A stretch of 64,000 nucleotides of DNA from Acidobacteriota bacterium (GTDB taxonomy: Bacteria > Acidobacteriota > UBA890 > WLXD01). Shown one piece after another: positions 29,261-38,788 of the stretch. A program made the position numbers and the translations under genes. The DNA is taken from assembly GCA_963666215.2 (NCBI GenBank), contig CAXWPL010000004.1:480001-544000 (forward strand), read 5' to 3'. The notes under the pieces were generated by a model. That model searched no databases and was not told the origin of the DNA. It saw only the letters and a list, made by a program, of their open reading frames with translations. How positions within the stretch are numbered: the stretch's first letter is position 1; each line of letters begins with the position of its first letter.

Positions 29261-31666
29261 CTAGCGCAGCCCGTCGATCGCGCCACGAAGGCCCGGCAGC
29301 TTGGCGTCGAGACGCTTCTTGATCTCATCGACGCGACGATCGGCATCGAGCGCCTCGATCTGGACCTCGATCTCATCGACGCTCTCTTCGACGCGCAGCT
29401 CCTCGATCTCACGCTCGATCTCGGCCACGCGGCGCTCGACCTCGAGGGTCTCGATCTCACGCTCGACCTCCTCCACCTGGCCGCTGGTGTGAAGCTCTTC
29501 GATCTGCTTTTCCACCTCCGCGACCCGCGAATCGGCACCGTACTCCTCGATCTCACGGTCGATCTCGGCGATGGCCGCCTGGTGCTCCTCAACGCTGCGC
29601 TGGGTTCGCTGACGGTCGTCATCGGTGGCTCTGCTCGGGTTGCCGAGCCGTGCGCGCAAGCTGGAGATCGCTCCCTGATGACTCGAGATCGCACCCCGAA
29701 GAGAGCTGACTTGTCCACGCACCGACGAGATCTTGCCCTGTAGCGTGCTGCGCTGGCCATGCATCGTCGAGATCTTGCCGTGCAGCGTGCTGCGCTGGCC
29801 GTGGACTGTCGAGATCCTGCCGTACAGCGTGCTGCGCTGGCCGTGGATCGTCGAAATCTGACCGTGGAGCGTGCTCACGCGCCCTCGCAACTGGGCGATC
29901 TCCCAGTAGTCCGCCAGCACGGACAGCACTTCGTTTTGCCAAAGCCTGGCCGACTCATCGTAGGGACGCGCCGCTCCGTCGACTCTGAGGTCGTAGCTCA
30001 ACGAGCCATCGACGCCCGGCGCCGCGGAAATCTCGAGCTGCTGCATGCCGCCCGAGCTGACTTCAGTCTCGATCCGCACCGACCCGTTGTCGCCCACGGA
30101 GATCACCCGATCGCCACTGTCGCTGAGCTCCACATCGCCCGACACTCGCATGCACAACCTGGTGCCCTCGATGAGGTACTGAACAATGCGATCGCCATCG
30201 CTGGTGCCGGCGAGCTGAACACCGTCGCGACGAGTCGACATCGAGCCCCTGAAGTTGCCTTGCAGACGGCTCCCCCGTCCGCAGGTGCTCTCGCGCCAGT
30301 CATTCCGCGTTGCGGCGACGGCGGCTGGCGCCAGGGTGATGGTCGCAACAGCTCCGGCCGGCGTACCGCCAGAAGCCTCCATCCCGTTGAGCGGCTCCGC
30401 GCTGACATTTACCACCGCGCCGCCCAGCTGCGCGCCACCCTCTCCAGCCACGGGCCGCTCTCGCGGTGACGCCGAGGCAATCGACAGTGTGGCCAGCAAG
30501 ATGACAACGAGCGTGGTTGTGGCCAGCGGAGCGCCAACACGGCTTCGTCCGGTGCCGTCAAGAATCGCCATGAGTCTTCTCTCCAATTGGAGAATTTCGA
30601 TCATCGGTAGGGCCGGCGCCGGCGCCCACCCCGATGCTGCGGAGTCGAGTGTGTCGGCGAGGTCGAGCAGATGGCGCGCGTACTCCGACGGCCTGACGCC
30701 GAGCGCCAACACGGCTTCGTCGCACGCCTGCTCGCGCGCCAGTCCAGCGCGCCGTACGGCGATCCAGGTCAGCGGATGGAACCAGTAGAGCGCCGTGGTG
30801 ATTCTGCCGACGCAATGGCGCAGAAGATCGTTGCGTCGGATATGCACCAGCTCGTGTCGCAGAACGACTCGCCGGAGTTCCTCCGACCATCCCTCGGCGT
30901 CGCACGGTAGGACAACAAACGGCGAAAGAATGCCGCCCGTCGAAGGTGTACGGACCTCGGAGCTGAGCAGCAGCGAAACTCCACGTCGAATGCCGACCTC
31001 GCGCCGTACGGCGTTCGTCGCTCGGCTCCAGGGCTCGTCGCACAGGCGCCGGGCGCGCCCTCGCAGCCGGCGTGAAGCCACCAGCGACGCCGCAAGGCGC
31101 AAGCAGACGAACAGGCAGCCCAGAGCCCAGACCCCGAGCGCGAAGGCCGGCAAATTCGTCCACGTCCACCGGCCGCCTACAGACTGAAGCCCGGGACCAC
31201 CACCAGCGTCCCCAGCGCGCTCTGAGGACAGCTCACCAAGCGCCTGCTCGCCGGCCGTCGAGGCAGCGCGGTCGCCGGCTTCGAACGGCGAACCCGATGT
31301 CGCGCGACCCGCGACGGTGGTCTCCCCGGTGCTCGGGCTCGAGTCGATCGGATTCGTGAAGGCGGCGCTTCGATTCGAGGGAACCGAGCTCGCGTTCTGG
31401 AGAATCGCCGCGATCCGATCGGCCGTCCGCGCCGGCAAGAACGCCACCGGTGTGGCCGGAAGCAGATACGCCAACCCCGGCAGCAGGAGGGCGGAGGCGA
31501 TCATCAGGCTCCACAGCGAGTGACGCGAGCCGGCCGATGCCCGGCGAAGGACCCGTTCGCCGAGGAACGCCAGGCCGAGCAGAAAGGTGAGCTTGCCGAC
31601 CAACACTGCCACCGACGCTACGATCGAGAGCCCTCCCGCAGAGGTGATGTCTGTCAGATCGAGCAT
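29261..31666 (-). CDS. M56 (BlaR1/MecR1-like) metallopeptidase with repeat-rich C-terminus
   Basis: HELVH, WFHPL, REQACD, YARHLL, LERRL; no penicillin-binding domain. Confidence 0.9.
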   Translation of the reverse strand: MLDLTDITSAGGLSIVASVAVLVGKLTFLLGLAFLGERVLRRASAGSRHSLWSLMIASALLLPGLAYLLPATPVAFLPARTADRIAAILQNASSVPSNRSAAFTNPIDSSPSTGETTVAGRATSGSPFEAGDRAASTAGEQALGELSSERAGDAGGGPGLQSVGGRWTWTNLPAFALGVWALGCLFVCLRLAASLVASRRLRGRARRLCDEPWSRATNAVRREVGIRRGVSLLLSSEVRTPSTGGILSPFVVLPCDAEGWSEELRRVVLRHELVHIRRNDLLRHCVGRITTALYWFHPLTWIAVRRAGLAREQACDEAVLALGVRPSEYARHLLDLADTLDSAASGWAPAPALPMIEILQLERRLMAILDGTGRSRVGAPLATTTLVVILLATLSIASASPRERPVAGEGGAQLGGAVVNVSAEPLNGMEASGGTPAGAVATITLAPAAVAATRNDWRESTCGRGSRLQGNFRGSMSTRRDGVQLAGTSDGDRIVQYLIEGTRLCMRVSGDVELSDSGDRVISVGDNGSVRIETEVSSGGMQQLEISAAPGVDGSLSYDLRVDGAARPYDESARLWQNEVLSVLADYWEIAQLRGRVSTLHGQISTIHGQRSTLYGRISTVHGQRSTLHGKISTMHGQRSTLQGKISSVRGQVSSLRGAISSHQGAISSLRARLGNPSRATDDDRQRTQRSVEEHQAAIAEIDREIEEYGADSRVAEVEKQIEELHTSGQVEEVEREIETLEVERRVAEIEREIEELRVEESVDEIEVQIEALDADRRVDEIKKRLDAKLPGLRGAIDGLR
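29315..29572 (-). repeat. Five 16-aa acidic repeats in the M56 C-terminus
   Basis: IAEIDREIEEYGADSR / VAEVEKQIEELHTSGQ / VEEVEREIETLEVERR / VAEIEREIEELRVEES / VDEIEVQIEALDADRR. Confidence 0.8.
29727..29878 (-). repeat. 42-bp tandem repeat (about 4 copies) encoding 14-aa STLHGQISTIHGQR units
   Basis: AGCGTGCTGCGCTGGCC recurs at 42-nt spacing. Confidence 0.85.
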
Positions 31667-31667
31667 T

Positions 31668-32054
31668 TCATCTGCCCTCGCTCGCGGCATGGTCGATGAG
31701 GCGCTTCAACTGCGCCCGCTGCTCATCACTCAGCTTGTTGCGTTCGAGCTCCAGCAGGCTCACGAGCGCTCCCTCGGCCGAGCCCCCGAAGAACGTGCTC
31801 ACCAGATGCGCCAGCGCCGAGCGGCCGGCGGCGGCGCGCGGCACGGTTGGCAGGTAGACGTACCGCGGCCCGTCCTGCTCGTAGCGCAAGTGTCCCTTTT
31901 CCACCAGGATGCGCAAAGTCGCGCGCACAGCGGCGTCGGTAGGCGGCGCATCCATCGCCTCACGCGCCTCGGCCGCGGTGACTCTTTCGAGCCGATAGGC
32001 AATGTTCATGAGCTCGCGCTCGCGACGGCTGAGCTCGGCGGGCTGTTGATCCAT
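31668..32054 (-). CDS. BlaI/MecI/CopY family repressor
   Basis: LSRRERELMNI, VRATLRILVEKG, DGPRYVY, TFFGGS; directly upstream of the M56 gene. Confidence 0.92.
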   Translation of the reverse strand: MDQQPAELSRRERELMNIAYRLERVTAAEAREAMDAPPTDAAVRATLRILVEKGHLRYEQDGPRYVYLPTVPRAAAGRSALAHLVSTFFGGSAEGALVSLLELERNKLSDEQRAQLKRLIDHAASEGR

Positions 32055-32111
32055 TTGGAAGAGCTCGAGTGAAAATCCAGGGAGCCGCTGAGCCCCCGTG
32101 ATTTCGTTGGG

Positions 32112-32177
32112 TCGGCAGGTTCGGTACGTTCAGTACGTTCGGCAGGCTCGGTAAATTCGGCAGGTTCGGTAGGCTCG
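32112..32177. repeat. Degenerate 9-bp tandem repeat (7 copies) in the blaI leader
   Basis: tcggcaggt tcggtacgt tcagtacgt tcggcaggc tcggtaaat tcggcaggt tcggtaggc. Confidence 0.75.
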
Positions 32178-32199
32178 CGAGAAACCCTAACGTAATTGG

Positions 32200-32233
32200 T
32201 GTTGCAAAAGCAACAGTCCGTTGAAATTTCAAC
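32200..32233. promoter_or_regulatory. Paired GTTG-N6-CAAC operators upstream of blaI
   Basis: TGTTGCAAAAGCAACA and GTTGAAATTTCAAC, 19 bp apart. Confidence 0.7.
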
Positions 32234-32377
32234 ATCGAGGATGGCGCCTGAGCCATTCAACGGTGTCATGCGTTCCGCCCGGGCAACGGGCAGCGGGCGC
32301 ACCGCGCAAGCCTCCATGTTGGTCCGAAGGCCGACGTGAGCTCGGAGGCTAGCCGGGGGCAGCGCAGCTCATCGGAC

Positions 32378-35128
32378 TCATTCGCTGCGTAGGGCGAGCA
32401 CTGGATCGACGTGCGAGGCACGCATCGCCGGAACGATGGACGCAACAAACGCCATCGTCGCGAGAACCAGGGTCATGCCGACGAAGGTTGTCGCATCGGT
32501 GGCGCTCACGCCGTGCAGGAGGCTCTGGATGGCGCCGCTGAGCCAGAAGCTCGCGAGCAGGCCGGGAACCAGGCCAGCGAGCAGAACGAGCAACGTTTCA
32601 CGCAGGACCAGGCTCTGCACGGAAGTCCGGTTGGCGCCGAGCGCCATGCGAACTCCAATTTCCGGCGTGCGCTCCGACACGTTGAACCCGATCACGCCGT
32701 AGATTCCCACGGCGCCCAGCAGCAACGCGACGACGGCGAATGAGGTGAGCAGAAGCGTGGCGAAACGGTCTTCCGCCACCGAGTCGGTAATCAGCTCGTC
32801 GAACGCTCGAACCCGGTAGAGGACAACGTTCGGATCGAGCTCGCTGACAGCCGCGCGTAGGGGTTGCGCGAGCGCGTCGGGGTCGCCGCTCGTGCGCAAC
32901 AGCACGTACATCGACTGGGTCGCGAACTGCCGCGCGGGCATGTAGATGGACGGTTCCGGCGACCTCTTGAGCGACCGGTGGCGCGAGTCCGCAACCACAC
33001 CCACGATCCGGCGTTCGCTCGGTGATTCCTGATCATCGAGCGAGACGCCTGAGCGGAACATCCGACCGACCGGGCTCTCGTCGGGCCAGTACAGCCGGGC
33101 GGTCGATTCGTTGATCACCGCGACGGGCTCAGAATCGGGTGTGTCGCTGGCGTCGAAGCCTCGCCCCGCGACAATCGGTAACCGCAGCAGGTCGAAGTAC
33201 TGGTGACTGACGCTTTGAATCGAAGCGCTCGGCTCCTCTCCGAGTGCGGGCTCAGGACGATCGTGGATCCGGAAAGAGCTCGACACGTTGCCGCCGCTGA
33301 ACGGCAGCAGAAAAACGGCAGCCGCCTCGTCGACACCGGGCAGAGCCTGAATACGCTCCAGGATGGTCGAGAAAAAACGCTCCTGCGGGTCGGTTCCCTC
33401 GTAGCGCTGGCCGAGCCGCACCCGCGCGGAGAGAACGCCATCGGCCTCGAAACCAGTCTCTTCGGTCAACAGCTGCGTCAGGCTTGTGATCAACAGGCCG
33501 GCGCCGATGAGCAGGGGCAACACGATCGCTAGCTGGGCAATCGCCAAGCCGCGGCGCAGGCTTCGTCCGGAGCCGCCCGTCGTGCCGCGCCCGGCGCGAA
33601 TCGCCGCGCTCAATCCAGATCGCACGGCGTGCAGCGCCGGCGCGACGCCGAACAGCAGGCCGGTGGCCATCGTCACGAGCGCGGTGAACCCGAGCACGCG
33701 GCCGTTCATCGTCACCGCATCGAGGCGCGGAATGTCGCCGGGCGCCACGGCGGTGAGAGCGCGCAGCCCAACCCAGCCAACGGCGAGCGCGGCGAGCCCA
33801 CCGAGCAACGCCAATACGATCGACTCGGTCAGCAGCTGTCGCGTCAGCCGGCCACGCGCCGCGCCCAGCGCGGAGCGCACCGCGATCTCGGTGCCGCGCG
33901 CACTGGCTCGAGCCACGAGAAGATTGGCAACGTTCGCGGTCGCGATGAGAAGCACGAATGCCACCGCCCCCATCAGTAGATACAGGCGAGAGGTCGTGTC
34001 GCCGATTGCCGCTCGGTGCAAAGGCTCGGCCCAGCCGAGAACCTCGTAATTCGAGTTGGGATAGTCGACAGCCAGCGCGTCGGAGATGCGGTCCATATCG
34101 ACGTTGGCGTGCTCGAGGTCGACACCGGGGCGAAGCCGGGCGACGACCGGACTCAGATTTCGACTACCGCGACTGCGCGACGCCAGATCGATTGCCATCG
34201 GAGTGAGGATCTCGGTCCTCGAGCGCAGCGGCATCCGGAACGACTCGTCAACAACACCAATCACCTGCCAAGACGAATCGTTGAGCTCGATCTGCCGGCC
34301 GATCACCGCCGGATCGCCGCCAAACTGTCGCTGCCACAGCGCGTGCGTGAGAAGCACGACTGCGGTCGCGCCTGGCGTATCGTCCTCGGGGGTGAAATCC
34401 CGCCCGAGCAATGGTCGAGCGCCGAGTGTGGCCAGCATTTCGTGGCTGACCAGCGAACCGGTGAGGCTCTCGGGCTGATCGACTCCCGTGAGGGTGGCCG
34501 TCCAACCGCGGGCTCCGGCGATGTTCTCGAAGGAGGAGCTCATTTGGCGCCAGTCCTCCAAGTCCACGGCCGAGACCGTTCCCTGCAGTGGTGCTTCCTT
34601 GCTCCCTTGCCAGAGCGCCACCAGGCGCTCGGGCTCGGAAAACGGCAGCGGGCGCAAGACGATCGAATCGAGCGCGGTGAAAATGGTGGTCACTGCGCCG
34701 ATCCCGAGTCCGAGGGTCAAGACGATGATTGCGCTCATCGCTGGCTGTCGCCGTAAGGCCCTCCAGGCGAACCCGACGTCTTGCAGGAGCGCATCGAAGT
34801 GCGCTCGGAGCGATCGCGTGCTGGCCGGCGATGGCGGACGTGTGGACGAGCCCCCCGGCCGATTGAGACTGCTCGTGGGGAGACGCTCGGCGACGCCCTG
34901 CGACACCAGATCGAGGCCGGTACGCAACAGAAAACGCGGCATGGCCGCGAGCCCGCGCTCCTGATAAACCGCGCGCACGTCGTCGGCGAACGTTGCCGCG
35001 AGGTCGAGGGCGAACCGGCGACGGAATGCAGCCGGGAAAACGAACAGCGCGCGCCGGTAGCCGTACGTCAGAGCCCGAATCGGTAGCGGGTCGTGAGGAT
35101 GGGGAGTATGCGATCTGGTGCCCATCAC
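32378..35128 (-). CDS. ADOP-type ABC permease, apparently intact
   Basis: N-terminal YRRALFVFPAAFRRRF extension, LLQDVGFAWR, TLGLGIGA, ANVANLL, EIGVRMALGA, VDPVLALRSE. Confidence 0.92.
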   Translation of the reverse strand: MMGTRSHTPHPHDPLPIRALTYGYRRALFVFPAAFRRRFALDLAATFADDVRAVYQERGLAAMPRFLLRTGLDLVSQGVAERLPTSSLNRPGGSSTRPPSPASTRSLRAHFDALLQDVGFAWRALRRQPAMSAIIVLTLGLGIGAVTTIFTALDSIVLRPLPFSEPERLVALWQGSKEAPLQGTVSAVDLEDWRQMSSSFENIAGARGWTATLTGVDQPESLTGSLVSHEMLATLGARPLLGRDFTPEDDTPGATAVVLLTHALWQRQFGGDPAVIGRQIELNDSSWQVIGVVDESFRMPLRSRTEILTPMAIDLASRSRGSRNLSPVVARLRPGVDLEHANVDMDRISDALAVDYPNSNYEVLGWAEPLHRAAIGDTTSRLYLLMGAVAFVLLIATANVANLLVARASARGTEIAVRSALGAARGRLTRQLLTESIVLALLGGLAALAVGWVGLRALTAVAPGDIPRLDAVTMNGRVLGFTALVTMATGLLFGVAPALHAVRSGLSAAIRAGRGTTGGSGRSLRRGLAIAQLAIVLPLLIGAGLLITSLTQLLTEETGFEADGVLSARVRLGQRYEGTDPQERFFSTILERIQALPGVDEAAAVFLLPFSGGNVSSSFRIHDRPEPALGEEPSASIQSVSHQYFDLLRLPIVAGRGFDASDTPDSEPVAVINESTARLYWPDESPVGRMFRSGVSLDDQESPSERRIVGVVADSRHRSLKRSPEPSIYMPARQFATQSMYVLLRTSGDPDALAQPLRAAVSELDPNVVLYRVRAFDELITDSVAEDRFATLLLTSFAVVALLLGAVGIYGVIGFNVSERTPEIGVRMALGANRTSVQSLVLRETLLVLLAGLVPGLLASFWLSGAIQSLLHGVSATDATTFVGMTLVLATMAFVASIVPAMRASHVDPVLALRSE

Positions 35129-35505
35129 GAGCCCGCCTTACGGAGCAGCCGGTGACCACGAGCCGCGGCCACCAGCGCATCCATCCGGCGAGCTTCGGCG
35201 GTGGCGACCTCGCGCCCGAAATCGGTTACCCGATACGTCCGTCGGCGCTCGTCGCGACTGCCCGCGGCGACGGCGTCGGGCTCGATCTCGATCTCTTGAA
35301 TGAGGCTATCGTCGAGCATCCGCTTGAGCACCCGGTACAAACCGCCCGGTTGGATCTGCCCGCGGTGGACGGAGCGCTCGCGGGCGCGCTGCATGATCGC
35401 GTAGCCGTGCGCGTCCCCCTCCAGGAGCACCAGCAGCACGGTGAAAACATCCGGCTTCAGCGGCAACAACGACTCGGGAGTGGAAACGAGGGTGGGCTTC
35501 GACAT
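35125..35505 (-). CDS. PadR family transcriptional regulator
   Basis: LLPLKPDVFTVLLVL, HGYAIM, GGLYRVLKRM, DERRRTYRVT; overlaps the permease start. Confidence 0.92.
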   Translation of the reverse strand: MSKPTLVSTPESLLPLKPDVFTVLLVLLEGDAHGYAIMQRARERSVHRGQIQPGGLYRVLKRMLDDSLIQEIEIEPDAVAAGSRDERRRTYRVTDFGREVATAEARRMDALVAAARGHRLLRKAGS

Positions 35506-35533
35506 GGCTCGACTCCTGAAGGGTCGCGAACGC

Positions 35534-35585
35534 ATTCTGATTATAAGCAAATTGATTATAGTCAGAATGAGTTCCGGCGTGTCAA
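35534..35585 (-). promoter_or_regulatory. 35-bp near-perfect palindrome over a sigma70-like promoter
   Basis: ATTCTGATTATAAGCAAATTGATTATAGTCAGAAT (35534-35568); the minus strand reads TTGACA-N19-TATAAT. Confidence 0.75.
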
Positions 35586-35774
35586 GCGGTGGATGGCACT
35601 CCGAGCGATCCATAAGGTGAGAAATCCAGCCAGCTCTGCTAGTTTTCCAGCAATTCGTAGAACCCAACTGTCGGGGGCAACGTCTATAACGGGACGCCGC
35701 AGAAAGAGCCCATAGAAAGCCCTCGTCCGCGCGTCCTCGACCTTCCCCCTCCCAGCGAGACGACTGCCCATATC

Positions 35775-37941
35775 CACGAGCTGCTACAAGACATCCGCTT
35801 CAGCGTCCGGACACTCACCCACGCGCCCGGCTTTGCCGTGGTTGCCGTGCTGACACTGGCACTGGGCATCGGCGCCAACAGCGCCATCTTCAGCGTCGTC
35901 AACGGCGTCGTCCTGCAGCCACTGCCGTACGGCTCGCCGGAGCGGCTGGTGTTCGTGACCACGGCGTTCCCCGGACTCGGCTTCGACGAGTTCTGGATGT
36001 CACAGCCGGAGTACCTCGAGTACGGAGCTTGGAACGAGTCGATCGAAGAGATGGGCGCCTACAACACCGGTGAGCGCAGCATCACGGTGGACTCCTCTGG
36101 CGATCGACGCCGCGAACCCACGGCCGCGCGGCAACCACTTCATGTTCGCCGTTGCCCGACTCGCTGCCGGCGTGACAATCGAGTCGGCGCGCGCCGAGCT
36201 CAATGGCCTCATCGACCAGTGGGGTGAACGCGTGCCCGACGGTCACAGCCCCCACCCTGAGTTTCACCGCTTGCAGCTCGAAGGATTGCGCGACCAGGTT
36301 ATCGGCGACGTGCGCGCCTCCCTACTCCTTTTGCTGGGAGCCGTGGGCTTCGTGCTGCTGATTGCCTGCGCCAACGTCGGCAACCTGCTGCTGGCGCGAG
36401 CCGAGACTCGCCAGAAGGAGATCGCCGTGCGAACGGCGCTGGGTGCGGGTCGCGGCCGGCTGATCCGCCAGTTCCTCACCGAGAGCCTGCTGCTTTCCGT
36501 GTTGGGCGGCGCCGCCGGGCTCCTGCTGGGAACGTGGGGCCTGCGTGCGCTGCTGGCCACCAGCCCCGACAGCCTGCCGCGCGTTGGCGACATACGGCTC
36601 GACGCGAGCGTGCTCGCCGTGACTCTGGGACTGTCGTTGCTCACGGGCGTGCTCTTCGAACTGACGCCGCTGCTGCACATGACAGCGCGTAACCTGGCCA
36701 CCTCGCTGCGCGATGGCGGTGGCCGCTCCACCAGCGGCTCGGCGAAGATGCGCCTGCGCAGCGTTCTCGTGGCCGCCGAGATCGCACTCGCAGTTGTGCT
36801 GGTCATTGGCGCCGGCCTGATGCTACGCAGCTTCTCCAGCCTGCAGCAGGTCGACCCCGGCTTCGATCCGGAGGGTCTACTCACCTTTCGACTCTTCCTG
36901 CCACCTTCGAGCTACCCCGACGGATTTGCCCAGCAAGCGTTCTTCGACGGGCTCCTCGAGGACATCGGCAACATCGGCGGCGTGACCTCGGTCACAGCCA
37001 TGAGCGGGCTGCCTCCGCAGCGAAGGGTCAACGCCAACGACATGGAGTTCGAAGGACTCGAGCGGAGCGAGGACGGGCCGCCGCACAACGTTGACTTCTG
37101 GCAGTTCGTCGGCCCCGGCTACTTCGAGACGATGGAAATCGAGCTCGTCGAAGGCAGATTCTTCGACGACCGCGAGCTTGGCGAGTCAGCGCAGCCGGCA
37201 GCCCTGGTGAACCAGGAACTGGCCGGTGTCTTCTACCCCGGCGAATCGCCGCTGGGTCGTCGTATGCGTCCCGGGGGTCCCAACACGCCGTGGCTTTCGA
37301 TCATCGGCGTGGTCGCCGATGTGAAGCAGGCGGGACTCGAGCAGGACACCGGCACAGAAACCTACTTCTACGCGCCGCAGGTGGCTCCCCTCGGGTTCGC
37401 GCCGCGGACGATGAACGTAATCGCGCGCACCAGCGTGCCGCCGGGATCGATCTCGGAGGCCGCGAGGCAAGCAGTGTGGCGCCTCGATCCCACGCTGCCG
37501 CTCGCCGACCTGCAAACCATGGGCGACGTCCTGTTCAAGTCGGTCGCCCAGCCGCGCTTTCTCACGCTGCTGCTGGCTATCTTCGGCGGAGTCGCACTGG
37601 CGCTGGCTACGGTAGGCACCTACGGCGTGATGTCGTACTCGGTGGCCGAGCGCAACCACGAGCTCGGTATCCGGATGGCGCTGGGTGCCGAGTCCGGTGG
37701 TGTTGTGCGCCTCGTCCTCGGCCAGGGGTTGGGTGTGGCGCTGATCGGATTGGTACTCGGCGTGGTGACTGCCTACGGACTGACCCGGTTCATGTCGTCG
37801 ATGCTCTTCACCGTTGGCACAACCGATCTGTTCACGTTTGTCGCGGTGCCGCTGCTGCTGATTGCCGTTGCGACGCTCGCGTGCCTCGTGCCCGCACGAC
37901 GCGCGACTCGCGTGGATCCAATGGTCGTGCTGCGCGAGTAG
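35775..37941 (+). pseudogene. ADOP-type ABC permease with internal deletion/frameshift
   Basis: LLQDIRFSVR and [14 protein letters not shown] are in one frame, then the sequence jumps near 36087 straight to WTPLAID in another; the rest is intact to VDPMVVLRE; no clear start codon. Confidence 0.85.
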
Positions 37942-38051
37942 CCACAGCCAGGCTCGCCGGCGGCGCTGCTACAACCGCGATCGGCAGAGCTCTTCGGTGG
38001 CCGAGGTGACTCGCGTGAGCCCGGCGGCGGCCAGAGGCCGGGTAGCGCGGC

Positions 38052-38759
38052 TTACGGAAAGGCCACCCTCAACCGCTGTCCTTGACTCGGTTGCACCTGC
38101 CGTTGGATCTCGGGCACCGCTTCGCCTTCGGTGTGGTGATAGATGACCAGCAGTTCCGTACCGACTTCTCGACCCTCCTCGGCGAGCGCGCGCACCAGCC
38201 AGGGAGAGACAAACGCCACATCGAGGTCGTGCTGAGCGAGGAGCTCGGCGGTGCTCTCGGTGTCGCCGGTAAAGTACAGACGCAGCCCGCGCCAGTGCAC
38301 GAGATACGACCGATGGCTCGGGGTGTGCTCGGTGGCGATCGGCTCGATTTCGATGCCGCCGTAAGAGATCCGCTCGTCCCAAGACAACACGCGCTCGCTG
38401 GGCACTCGGGCGGCGATGCTGGGGTGCGCGATGAGCTCGAGACGGGTCTGAGCGAACAGCTGCGCGTCCCAGTGGTCGGCGTGCTCGTGGGTGATGAGGC
38501 TGGCGCCGTCTCCAAGGCCAGCCAAGGGCAAATCGTACGTCATGTAGCCGAAAGCGCCGGAACGGTACGGAAAGTCCGAATACAGCGTGGTGGCACCGTC
38601 GCCTAGCCTGAACGCCATATTGCCAATGAACTCTATCTCGAGCTCATCCGCGCCAGTCTGCGGGAAGCGCGGCGCCAGGCTGGCGAAGGCCAGCACGAGA
38701 GTCGCTGCGGCGAACGCGAGAGTAGGCCCGCAACGGAGGCGATCGTTGGCAGGTAGCAT
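38052..38759 (-). CDS. MBL-fold metallo-hydrolase, secreted
   Basis: ITHEHADH motif and LYFTGDT. Confidence 0.85.
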   Translation of the reverse strand: MLPANDRLRCGPTLAFAAATLVLAFASLAPRFPQTGADELEIEFIGNMAFRLGDGATTLYSDFPYRSGAFGYMTYDLPLAGLGDGASLITHEHADHWDAQLFAQTRLELIAHPSIAARVPSERVLSWDERISYGGIEIEPIATEHTPSHRSYLVHWRGLRLYFTGDTESTAELLAQHDLDVAFVSPWLVRALAEEGREVGTELLVIYHHTEGEAVPEIQRQVQPSQGQRLRVAFP

Positions 38760-38788
38760 CGGAGCCCTTCAAAGGGACGGAGGGGTTG

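Noticed and set aside
29727-29878. Possible CRISPR array
   Set aside because: The 42-bp units are contiguous, in-frame coding repeats without unique spacers, and there are no cas genes
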